Source: Octopus sinensis (Eukaryota). From it: a stretch of 16,231 nt of DNA. Both the position numbers and the translations under genes were made by a program. Below the pieces are notes generated by a model. It did not search any database. It had not been told where the DNA came from and worked only from the letters and a program-made list of their open reading frames with translations. The DNA is taken from assembly GCF_006345805.1 (NCBI RefSeq), contig NW_021825117.1, positions 1-16,231 on the forward strand, given 5' to 3'. How positions within the stretch are numbered: position 1 is the first letter of the stretch; each line of letters starts with the position of its first letter. Shown piece by piece: positions 1 to 9,378 of this stretch.

Positions 1-230
1 TGTGTGTTTTTGTGTATCTGTGTTTGTCCCCCTAGCATTGCTTGACAACCGATGCTGGTGTGTTTATGTCCCCATTACTTAGCGGTTCGGCAAAAAGAGA
101 CCGATAGAATAAGTACTGGGCTTACAAAGAATAAGTCCCGAGGTCGAGTTCCTCGATTAAAGGCAGTGCTCCAGCATGGCCGCAGTCAAGTAAAAGACTG
201 AAACAAGTAAAAGAGTAAAAGAGTAAAGAG
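1..230 (+). mobile_element. SINE family A, 3' half (cut by window edge)
   Basis: Matches the 3' half of the full copies at 11512-11921 and 13757-14157: TG tract, ttagcggttcggcaaaa, gataGAATAAGTACT, gctccagcatggcc...gactgaaacaagtaaaagag tail. Confidence 0.9.
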
Positions 231-260
231 AGTATTAATTTCATTAGCTGATTAATTAAC

Positions 261-326
261 AGGGAACTGAACTCACAACCTTGCAATTGTGAGCTGAATA
301 CTCTAGCTATTAAGCCACATGCCCTC
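261..326 (-). mobile_element. Degenerate tRNA-like SINE head related to SINE family C
   Basis: Ungapped hand alignment to the head of the SINE at 8867-9211 gives about 43/66 identities. Confidence 0.5.
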
Positions 327-520
327 TCCACAACACACACACATCCTTTCTACTATAGGCACAAGGCCTGAAATTTTGGTGGAGGCAGGCAGACAGGCAT
401 TAATAGAAACAGAGGCAATATTAATTGAACTCGTTTACAACAGCAAATGCATTCAGCTTCGAAGGTTAGAAAGATGGAAGTCAGGCTTTGGGGGTGACCA
501 CCATCAACCTTCCATTGGTG

Positions 521-547
521 GTTGTTGTTGTTGTTGATGTTGTTGTT
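521..547. repeat. (GTT)n microsatellite
   Basis: Direct reading. Confidence 0.9.
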
Positions 548-777
548 TAAGCCCAGCCAAGTCTTTCTCATATGTCATTGTTTAGTCACTGAGAAAATTG
601 CAAAGTACAAGGAATAAAATGAGGGAATCTTTAGCATCAAATGATTCCAACCGCTGTAGAATGGCGTGGAGAAGGATGTCGCAGAATTGAAGACAATAAA
701 AAAATCCACTGAATCTAGCCATGCCCACCTCCTTTATCTTTTATGTATGTATATATACATACATACACACAGATACA

Positions 778-1000
778 CAAGAGTTAAGGAATGGAGTAGA
801 AGAGATCCGGGTTACGTTTCATAGCAAGTGCAAGTGGTAAATATCCAAGCAAGGTGTATACCACGGGCTACTCTTCAGGCCAAGAATATTTAGATTAAAT
901 GAAAGTTTACTTTTGGCAAGGATATTTACCACTTCTGAGATTCCACTCGCTATGAAACATATGTAGCACAGATCTTATCTACTCCATTCCTTAACTCTTG
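778..1000. mobile_element. Fold-back / MITE-like element, superfamily unassigned
   Basis: Perfect 23-bp terminal inverted repeat (778-800 / 978-1000) plus two inner inverted blocks (gtttcatagc[a/g]agtg; aagtggtaaatatcc 832-846 / 920-934). Right flank TA, left flank CA. Confidence 0.75.
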
Positions 1001-1197
1001 TATTCTTATTCACACACTCAGCAACCCTGGTTGCCTACCGTGAAATATAAAAAGAACTTTTTTCAGTTTATCGTACTTTGATGAGAAAATAATCCACAAT
1101 ATTCAATCTCAATAAACCACTATCGTCCCTAACAGTTGTTTTTTATATTTACCACAGTTTGCTTGAAACTAACTTTCTTCCTACATCTCCATCCTTG

Positions 1198-1671
1198 GTA
1201 CCCTTGCTGGTGACAAAAGGCCTCTCACTCAGAGTAAAAGGCAGACTGTATGATGCATGTGTACGAACAGCCATGCTACATGGTAGTGAAACATGGGCTG
1301 TGACTGCTGAGGATATGCGTAAGCTCGCAAGAAATGAAGCCAGTATGCTCCGATGGATGTGTAATGTCAGTTTTCATACTCGACAGAGTGTAAGTACTTT
1401 GAGAGAAAAGTTGGACCTAAGAAGCATCAGTTGTGGTGTGCAAGAGAGACGCTTGTGCTGGTATGGTCATGTGACGAGAATGGCTGAAGATAGTTGTGTG
1501 CAAAAGTGTCACATCCTAGTGGTTGAGGGAACCTGTGGAAGAGGTAGACCCAGGAAAACCTGGGACGAGGTGGTGAAGAACGACCTTCGAACTTTAGGTC
1601 TCACCGAGGAAATGACTAGAGACCAAGACCTATGGAAGTATGCTGTGCGTGAGAAGACCCGGCAGGACTAG
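1198..1671 (+). pseudogene. RTE LINE ORF2 C-terminal fragment (downstream of the RT domain)
   Basis: Motifs KGRLYDACVRTAMLHGSETW, RRLCWYGHVTRM and GRGRPRKTW are typical of RTE-clade ORF2 C-termini. No RT core or EN domain is present. Confidence 0.88.
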
Positions 1672-2186
1672 TGAGACCATAACCCATGGCCTCTACCTGG
1701 GATGTAGCCAGTCGACTTATGCATACCTTTCCTTCTTGGGACACAAAACTCCACTTGTGAAGACCCGTTGAGGCAAGTGGAAATCAAATCCAATCAGATA
1801 TCAGAAATCAGAACCAAAATCGAAGTCGATCAACATCAATGGAAATTGCAGCTGTGATACCAGTGCTGGTGACACGTAAAAGAAACCATCCGATCGTGGC
1901 CGTTGCCAGCGCCGCCCCGACTGGCCTCCGTGCCGGTGGAACGTAAAAAGCACCATCTGATCGTGGCCGTTTGCCAGCCCTGTCTGGCACCTGTGCGGGT
2001 GGCACGTAAAAAGCACCCACTACACTCATGGAGTGGTTGGCGTTAGGAAGGGCATCCTGCTGTAGAAACACTGCCAGATCAGACTGGGCCTGATGCAGCC
2101 TTCTGGCTTCTCAGACCCCAGTTGAACCATCCAACCCATGCCAGCATGGAAAGCGGACGCTAAACGATGATGATGATGATGATGAT

Positions 2187-2187
<1 letters not shown>
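1199..2187 (+). mobile_element. 5'-truncated RTE-clade LINE (family 1): ORF2 C-terminus, long 3' UTR, (GAT)n tail
   Basis: Encodes the RTE post-RT region; the 3' UTR has ~65-bp tandem units and ends ccatgccagcatggaaagcggacg..aaac(gat)n. Homologous copies at 6239-7373, 3549-3856 and 3942-4278. Confidence 0.9.
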
Positions 2188-2243
<56 letters not shown>

Positions 2244-2293
2244 CCCATACATATTGTGGGCTTCTTTCAGTTTCCATCTACCAAATCCACTCA
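2188..2293 (-). mobile_element. (TA)n array plus internal fragment of SINE family A
   Basis: gggcttctttcagtttccatctaccaaatccactca matches the minus-strand family A copy at 10575-10982; the adjacent (TA)n/(CA)n sits where the SINE internal microsatellite lies. Confidence 0.75.
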
Positions 2294-2442
2294 AATGGTC
2301 TGACAAAGGGTTTGGACATAAGAAGGGAAAAAAAAGACAAAAATGAAAAAAGTTCAATATGTGACATTTTTTTCTGCATGACCAGAGAAACGTGACTGAC
2401 CAATCACTGACCACCGAATCTTATGAACTCAGACAGAAAAAT

Positions 2443-2699
2443 TACTACTACTACCACCACCACCACCACCACCACTACTACTACAACTACTACCACCACC
2501 ACCACCACCACCACCACCACCACCACCAACACCACTACTACTACAACTACTACCACCACCGCCACCACCACCACTACTACTACAACTACTACCACCACCA
2601 CCACTACTACTACAACTACTACTACCACCTCCATAACTACTACATTAACAGATGGCGAAGACCAACTCCTGCCTCATACCCCCCCAACCACCACCACAA
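2443..2699. repeat. Compound (ACC/ACT)n triplet array with higher-order units
   Basis: Anchor tactactacaactactac occurs four times, separated by (cac)n runs. Confidence 0.9.
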
Positions 2700-2714
2700 G
2701 TAACATAATACTGA

Positions 2715-2895
2715 TGTGTGTCTGTGTGTGTGTGTGTGTGTGCGCGCGCAAGTATGTACGGGTGCAGGTGTGTGTATATGTAAGAGTGTATGTCTATTCA
2801 TGTGTGGTTGTGTGTATATATGTGGACATGTGTGTGTGTATGTAAGAGTATGTATGTATGTATATACATATGAGTGTGTGTGTGTGTGTGTGTAT
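2715..2895. repeat. (TG)n/(TATG)n compound microsatellite
   Basis: Direct reading. Confidence 0.9.
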
Positions 2896-2984
2896 ACAAC
2901 TGCCTGTCATTTGATCACATAGAATACGTTAGTTTCTCCACAAAACAAAATAAAAACATCAACATTGAGTAACGCAAATACAAC

Positions 2985-3289
2985 GGTGGTGGTGGTGGTG
3001 GTGGTAGTACTTGTAGTAGTAGGGTGGTGGTGTGGGGTGGTGGTGGTAGGTGGTGGTGGTAGTGGTGGTGTGTGGTGGTGGTTGTGGTGGTGGTGGTAGT
3101 GGTGGTGGGGGAGTAGTAGTAGGTTTGTAGTGGGTGTGGTGGTGGTGGTGGTGGTGTGGTGGTGGTGGTGTGGTGGTGGTGGTGGTGGGGGTGGTAGTGG
3201 TGGTAGTGGTGTAGTAGACGTGTAGGCAGTGGTGTGGTGGTGGTGGTGGTGGTGGTGGTGGTGGTAGACTTGTTAGTAGTGGTGGTGGC
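2985..3289. repeat. (GGT/AGT)n triplet array
   Basis: Direct reading; reverse-complement composition of the array at 2443-2699. Confidence 0.9.
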
Positions 3290-3548
3290 GTACATCCCCT
3301 CCCCCACCATCCACCACATCTCCTCCCTCACTCAGAGACAGGTCTACTGATGTCTCCATTGGTTACAATAGAGACAAATGATCCCAAGACAGAGACGCCA
3401 TCTGATGCCAGTCTTCAGTTTCTGCCATCTTCCGCATTGGTCAGCTAACTCGCCCCGCCCCCCCCCACCCCGTGCTCACACACATACACCTCACAACCCT
3501 CTTCCATTAGTGGTTGTTGCTGTTGTTGTCGGTTTGCTCACTGGTCAG

Positions 3549-3856
3549 TCATCATCATCATCATCATCATCATTATTTTTAACGTCCGTTGTCCATGCTG
3601 GCATGGGTTGGACGGTTTGACTGGACTGGCACAATGGAAGGCTGCACCAGAACTCCAGTCTGATTTAGCATGGTTTTCTACGGCTGGATGCCCTTCCTAA
3701 TGCCAACCACTCCACAGAGTGTAATGGGTTCTTTTATGTGCCACTGGCATGGGTGCCATTTGTACGACACTGGTATCTGCCACGACAGTGATTTTGCTCG
3801 GCTTGACGAGTCTTCTTCTCAAGCACGACATAATGCCAAAGGTCTCAGTCATTGCC
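3549..3856 (-). mobile_element. RTE family 1 3' end, internally deleted derivative
   Basis: (ATC)n tail, then the reverse complement of the family 1 terminus; 3810-3850 matches the last ORF2 codons (gtgcttgagaaga...). Confidence 0.8.
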
Positions 3857-3941
3857 GCCATGAGGACCAGCATATTCAATGATACTCTCCGTGTGTCGTC
3901 TATGTGTATATAAGTGTGCATATGTGTGATGGAGGTATGTA

Positions 3942-4278
3942 TCTTCATCATCGTTTCACTTCCGTTTTCCATGCTAGCATGAGTTGGACGGTTCGACTGG
4001 GGTCTGGAGAGCCAGGGGGCTGCACCAGGCTCCAGTCTGATCTGGCAGTATTTCTACGGTTGGATGCCCTTCCTAACACCAACCACTCCGTGAGTGTAGT
4101 AGGTGTTTTTATGAGTCGGTGGCACAGAAGCCAGAGGAGGCTGGCAAACGGCCACTATTGGTTGGTGCTTTTACGTGTCACCGACACGGACGCCAGTTAG
4201 GTGGCGCTGGCATCTGCCATGTTCGGACGGTGCTTTTTACGTGTTACCGGCACAGGTGTCTTAACTACAATTTCCATT
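3942..4278 (-). mobile_element. RTE family 1 3' UTR fragment
   Basis: Colinear with the reverse complement of about 1838-2187, including three cgtaaaa-type units. Confidence 0.85.
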
Positions 4279-4286
4279 TGTATGTA

Positions 4287-4288
4287 TG

Positions 4289-4329
<41 letters not shown>
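4287..4329. repeat. (TA)n microsatellite
   Basis: Direct reading. Confidence 0.95.
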
Positions 4330-4331
<2 letters not shown>

Positions 4332-4718
4332 TTTTATTCTTTTACTTGTTTCAGTCATTTGACTGTGGCCATGCTGGAGCACCACCTTTAGTGGAACAAA
4401 TCGACCCCAGGATTTATTCCTTGTAAGCCTAGTACTTATTCTATTGGTCTCTTTTTGTCAAACCGCTAAGTTACCGGGACGTAAACACACCAGCATTGGT
4501 TATCAAGCGATGTTGGGGGGAGACAAACACAGACACACAAACATATACATATATACGATGGGTTTCTTTCAGTCTGTGTCTACCAAATCCACTCACAAGG
4601 TTTTGGTCAGCCCAAGGCTATAGTAGAAGACACTTGCCCAAGGTGTCACACAGTGGGACTGAACCCGGAACCATGTGGTTCGTAAGCAAGCTACTTATCA
4701 CACAGCAACTCCTACACC
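4330..4718 (-). mobile_element. SINE family A, full length, moderately diverged
   Basis: tRNA-like head, ccttgggcaagtg CORE-like block, internal microsatellite and gactgaaacaagtaaaag tail are all present. Confidence 0.92.
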
Positions 4719-4719
4719 T

Positions 4720-4735
4720 GCTATATATACATATG

Positions 4736-4776
<41 letters not shown>

Positions 4777-4931
4777 GCACAGGCTTCTTTCAGTTTCTGT
4801 CTACCAAATTCACTCCCAAGGCTTTGGTTGGCCTGAAGCTATAGTAGAAGACACTTGCCCAAGGTGCCATGCAATGAGACTGAACCTGGAACCATGTGGT
4901 TGGGAAGCAAGCTTCTTACCTCACAGCCACC
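4720..4931 (-). mobile_element. SINE family A 5' half with expanded (TA)n
   Basis: Head and CORE-like block match other copies; the element ends in the internal (TA)n array. Confidence 0.85.
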
Positions 4932-4949
4932 TTTTTAGGTTTTATTTAC

Positions 4950-5440
4950 CCGCACACATGCACACACACACACACATACAACCACACACACACACACACG
5001 TACATTCCTTCTTTGCTCAATTTCAACAGAATTACACAATCCCTCTTCAGAGGCGCACACCAACCCCATTCACCACCACCACCTCTTCCTCACCCTACCC
5101 CCCACCCACCCTTCCACCCAGCTCCCAGCTGTTGTAGTTCTTCAATCTTACAGAAGATTTTTATCTTCCAGGGGCCAGCAAGCCCACCCCACCCGACATC
5201 AGGCTGCAAGGATAATTGGTATTTAACACCACCACCCCAAACCTTCGTTTACCCCCCTCCGTATCCACTCCATCTCGGCTACCCTTTATCCACCCCACAT
5301 CACCCTCCCCCCTTACCACCACCACCCCAATAAACTTGACAGACAACCCTGATATAAATAGAAGCCATGAGAGAATAGGTTAACCCCCACCACCACCACC
5401 TTCAAGAAAGGTGTTGTTGTTGTTACAGTTTACACCACCC
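4950..5440. repeat. (CA)n plus C-rich / (CCA)n low-complexity region
   Basis: Strong C skew on the + strand with short CCA and CCC runs; no recognisable protein. Confidence 0.7.
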
Positions 5441-5586
5441 CCACAATTCACCCTTCATCATGCAATCCACCCATGACGAACCTATCTTATTTCTATTTCT
5501 CACATAAAACACATCCGCAATGACTACATTACGTAATGAAATAATACTGAGTGGTTTGAGAGAGATTTGGCTGCTATTTCTGCAAA

Positions 5587-5626
<40 letters not shown>

Positions 5627-5831
5627 GTAAACAGTAAAAAATAAATACAAACTGGGACAAGAATGTGAAACACTAAGGAGACGACACAAGAACCAAAGGA
5701 CGGGACATTCGAAGCCCTCAGTCATCAGTCAAGAACCAGATCATCTTCGCAATTTCGGCTGATTAATCTTGAGATTGCTCCGATCTGGGCAGCCCCCAAG
5801 GGAAATCTAAGCCAAGCGCATTAGATCCCTT
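5627..5831. repeat. Unclassified ~205-bp insert embedded in (TA)n arrays, probable interspersed repeat
   Basis: Complex sequence bounded on both sides by TA microsatellite; family cannot be assigned from this window. Confidence 0.35.
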
Positions 5832-5833
5832 AT

Positions 5834-5910
<77 letters not shown>

Positions 5911-5918
5911 ACATATAC

Positions 5919-5956
<38 letters not shown>

Positions 5957-5974
5957 TATTATATATAATATATT
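5832..5974. repeat. (TA)n/(TATACA)n microsatellite
   Basis: Direct reading. Confidence 0.95.
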
Positions 5975-6198
5975 AAGGCGGCGAGCTGGCAGAAACGTTA
6001 GCATGCGGGCGGCGAAATGCTTAGCGGTATTTTGTCTGCCGCTACGTTCTGAGTTCAAATTCCGCCGAGGTCGACTTTGCCTTCATCCTTTCGGGGTCGA
6101 TAAATTAAGTACCAGTTCACTGGGGTCGAGTAATCGACTTAATCCGTTTGTCTGTCCTTATTTGTCCCGTCTGTGTTTAGCCCTTGTGGGTAGTAAAG

Positions 6199-6203
<5 letters not shown>
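5975..6203 (+). mobile_element. tRNA-derived SINE family B (resembles octopus OR-type SINEs), full length
   Basis: GGCGGCGAGCTGGCAGAA A-box-like head, GAGTTCAAATTCC B-box, body cttcatcctttcggggtcgataaattaagtacca, ends gtagtaaagaaata. Confidence 0.85.
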
Positions 6204-6235
<32 letters not shown>

Positions 6236-6238
6236 TAT

Positions 6239-7373
6239 GTGCTACATGGCAGTGAAACATGGGCCGTGACTGCTGAGAAAATGCATAAGCTTGCAAGGAA
6301 TGAAGCTAGTATGCTTCACTGGATGTGTAAGGACCCTGAGAGAAATGTTGGACATAAGAAGCATCAGATGCGGTGTGCAAGAGAGACGACTGCACTGGCG
6401 TGGTCATGTGATACGTATGGATGAGGACAGCTGTGTGAAGAAGTGTCACTCCCTCACAGTGGAAGAAACCCCATGGAAGAGAGATCCAAGAAGACATGGA
6501 ATGAGATGGTGAAGCATGACCTTTGAACGTTGGGCTTCACAAAGGCAATAACAAAAGACCAAGACTTTAGAGATATATGCTGTGCTTGAGAAGACCCGGC
6601 AAGCTGAGACCGTAACCATGGCCTATGCCAGTGCAGCATAACTGGCCCATCAAAGAGTACTCTTTAATCATCTCTCTCTATATAAACGGCAGTTTGTCTG
6701 TCTGCGTGTCTGTGTGTCTGTCAGGTTGTGCCCTCACCCTGACCACGGCTTTCAACCGATTCTGATGAAACTTGACACACACATAGCCCAATGTCATAAT
6801 TCAAAACTAACGCAGCGAACATTTTGAAAAGTTCCCCCAGTTCTGAAAAAAATCGATAAATTCGACATGGGGTCGAGAATCAGAAACACAAACCACAGAC
6901 TGTCTAGGGGACGCAACTCGACCTTTTTAACTCTCAAAAAAATTTACCATCACTTTTTTTCCCATTTTTTTTGCTATTTTTTGGCTATAACTCTCTAAAA
7001 ATGCTTTATAGTTATTTCCCTTACAAACCCGAGCAACGCCGGGCGATACTGCTAGTTGGGCAATAAACTGCACTTGTGAAGACCTGTTGAGGCAAGTGAA
7101 ATCATTGTCGTGGCCGATGACAGTACCGCCTGACTGGCACGTAAAAAGCACTATTCAAGAATGGTCAATGCCAGTACCCCTGACTGGCTCTTTTGCCAGT
7201 GGCACATAAAAAGCACCCACTACACTCTCAGAGTGGTTGGTATTAGGAAGGGCATCCAGCTGTAGAAACATTACCAGACAGGGGCCTGGTGCAGCCTTCT
7301 GGCTTGCCGACCCTCAGTCAGACCATCCAACCCATGCCAGCATGGAAAGCAGACGTTAAACAATGATGATGAT
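6239..7373 (+). mobile_element. Decayed 5'-truncated RTE family 1 LINE, interrupted by a Helitron at 6671-7055
   Basis: LHGSETWAVTAE..RRLHWRGHVIRM with a deletion and frameshifts relative to 1198-1671; the 3' UTR resumes at 7056 and ends in (GAT)n. Confidence 0.88.
6671..7055 (+). mobile_element. Non-autonomous Helitron, copy 1
   Basis: 5' TC, 3' hairpin cccgagcaacgccggg (7028-7043) 8 nt before terminal CTAG, inserted between A6670 and T7056 without TSD. Confidence 0.9.
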
Positions 7374-7679
7374 GGTTTAAAGGTACCACAGGAAGTACCA
7401 GCATGGTAAAATAGCAGTCAAAATTATTCAAATCACAACGAAAACTGAACTTTTTCAATTTTTGATTATTTTTGTCGTTGTTATGAGGACTTAGGGTTTT
7501 TGTTCATTTGTCCAGCTTCGCCTTTGTGTTTAGATGAAAACCTGGGGTTTGGATCATTTTAACTGTTATATTTAGCCTGCTAGTACTGCCCCCTTAATTA
7601 TTGGTTGATAATTTTACCTCTTTGGGTTTTTTACACATGCTTGGCCACTGGTATTATTATAAACAATAATATCCTTATA

Positions 7680-7876
7680 TATATCAATATGCACGCACAT
7701 ACACACACACACACACACGTATTGTCAGAGGTGGGGGAGTATAAATGTACACATATATAGATACGTGCATACATATATCATACACACACAGACATATATA
7801 TATATATGCATGTATATATATATATTATATATATATATTATATATATTAAATTATTCCCTAATATTTATTATTATA

Positions 7877-7910
<34 letters not shown>

Positions 7911-7916
7911 TGCATG

Positions 7917-7969
<53 letters not shown>

Positions 7970-7977
7970 TATATATT
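7680..7977. repeat. (CA)n and long (TA)n microsatellite
   Basis: Direct reading. Confidence 0.95.
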
Positions 7978-8124
7978 AGTGTATTTTATATATTACAGAC
8001 AAGCACACACAGTACCATTATCTTAACAAGCATTTTACTACTTCAGTACCCTGGGTCGCAAGCAGGAGAAAGAAGAAGAAAAGTTGAAGAATAAAAAACA
8101 GGGAAGTCTGTTATTCTCTCCCCT

Positions 8125-8170
8125 CCACCACCACCACCACCGCTACTGCCGCCGCGCCGCCGCCGCCGCC
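8125..8170. repeat. (CCA)n-(GCC)n GC-rich triplet tract
   Basis: Direct reading. Confidence 0.85.
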
Positions 8171-8520
8171 AAAGAAATTGCTGTGGAGGAAGGAGAAGGT
8201 TTTCTCCAAGACCCGGCAGCTTGTCTCTATTTCTCTCTCTCTGTCATAAAACCTTTTGCTACCACATGGTCTGTCTCCTCCTTCAACAGACAGGTTGGCG
8301 CCACCACAGACAAACTACCACATGACCCACCAACCCTCACACACACACACACACACACCTCTTTCTTGTCCTCCTCCGCAGCCAAACACAGGGGTTTGTG
8401 TTTCACCTTCTTCAGCAACGTGAAGGAGCACTAAGAAACTGCTAGAAATAGCAGTCAAATCTCTCTCAAATACCATTCAAATACCACCACCACCACCACC
8501 ACCACCACCACATGACAGCT

Positions 8521-8630
8521 TATGTTAGTGTGTTTATGTTCCTCTAATTTTGTGATTCAGCAAATTCTTCAAGGTACTACTGCTCCAGTATGACCACAGT
8601 CAAATGACTGAAACAAGTAAAATATAAAAG
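8521..8630 (+). mobile_element. Old SINE family A-type 3' fragment
   Basis: gctccagtatgaccacagtcaaatgactgaaacaagtaaaa tail. Confidence 0.7.
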
Positions 8631-8724
8631 CAGCAAAAATGATAGCGTAAGTAATACAAATAAATTACATATTTACGTTACTATAGCAACAGGAAGAAAT
8701 CTGCAAATTTTCAACAGAATCTGT

Positions 8725-9340
8725 GAAGCCCTGTGGTAAGAAGCTTGCTTCCCAACCACATGGTTCCGAGTTCAGTCCCACTACATGAAACTATAGACCT
8801 GGGTCAACCAAAGCCTTGTGAATGGAATTGGTGAACGAAAACTGAAAGAAGCCCATCATATATATTAAAGGGTAAAGACCCCCTTCGGTCATGAATGACC
8901 ATGGGATTGCACCTAGAAAGTTACCCTCCTAGACACAAGTCCGGGCAAGGTTGTTTATGGAAGGCCAGCAGTCGCCCATGCATACCAGCCACCCCTCTCC
9001 ACGCCACCAGTGTTATCCAAGGGAAAGACAAAGGTCGATACAGCTTGGCACCAGTGACATCGCAACTCATTTCTACAGCTGAGTGAACTGGAAGCAACAT
9101 GAAATAAAGTGCCTTGCTCGAGAACACAACACGCAGCCCGGTCCGGGATTCGAGCTCACAACCTCACGATCGTAAGCTCGACGCTCCAACCACTGAGCCA
9201 TGCGCCTTCACTGTATGTATTTATGTATGTATGTATTTATGTGTCTTTGAGTCTGTGTTTGTCCACCACCCTGCCAGTTTGGCAAAAGAGACCGGTAGAA
9301 TAAGTACTAGGCTTACAAAGAATAACTCCTGAGGTTGGTT
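8725..9340 (+). mobile_element. SINE family A copy split by SINE family C inserted in its internal microsatellite
   Basis: 5' half 8725-8866 (gttcagtcccact..ctgaaagaagccc) and 3' half 9212-9340 (tggcaaaagagacc..gcttacaaagaataa) flank 8867-9211. Confidence 0.8.
8867..9211 (-). mobile_element. tRNA-derived SINE family C, full length
   Basis: Minus-strand head ggcgcatggctcagtggttgg (A box) and gagctcgaatccc (B box), then gtgttctcgagcaaggcactt; small 3' stem-loop ggtca-tgaa-tgacc at 8887-8900. Confidence 0.85.
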
Positions 9341-9378
9341 TCAACATCTGCTTTCTTGCAGTCATGTTCTTGTTATTA

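Noticed and set aside
2392-3331. Poly-Thr, poly-Val and His/Tyr-rich ORFs
   Set aside because: They are translations of stop-free triplet microsatellites with no unique domain or convincing exon boundaries.
5700-5770. Hammerhead-like GAAA...CTGATGA on the minus strand
   Set aside because: The stem II closing pair is C-C and stems I and III do not form properly.
7745-8094. YI/IY-repeat ORFs
   Set aside because: (TA)n microsatellite translation.
8960-9030. HDV-like ribozyme candidate around tccacg in SINE C
   Set aside because: The bases flanking the putative L3 loop are not complementary, so P3 cannot form.
9130-9211. tRNA-like sequences here and at 5977, 10910-10982 and 11512
   Set aside because: They have A/B boxes but no complete cloverleaf that I could build, and they continue into SINE bodies, so they are SINE heads rather than tRNA genes.
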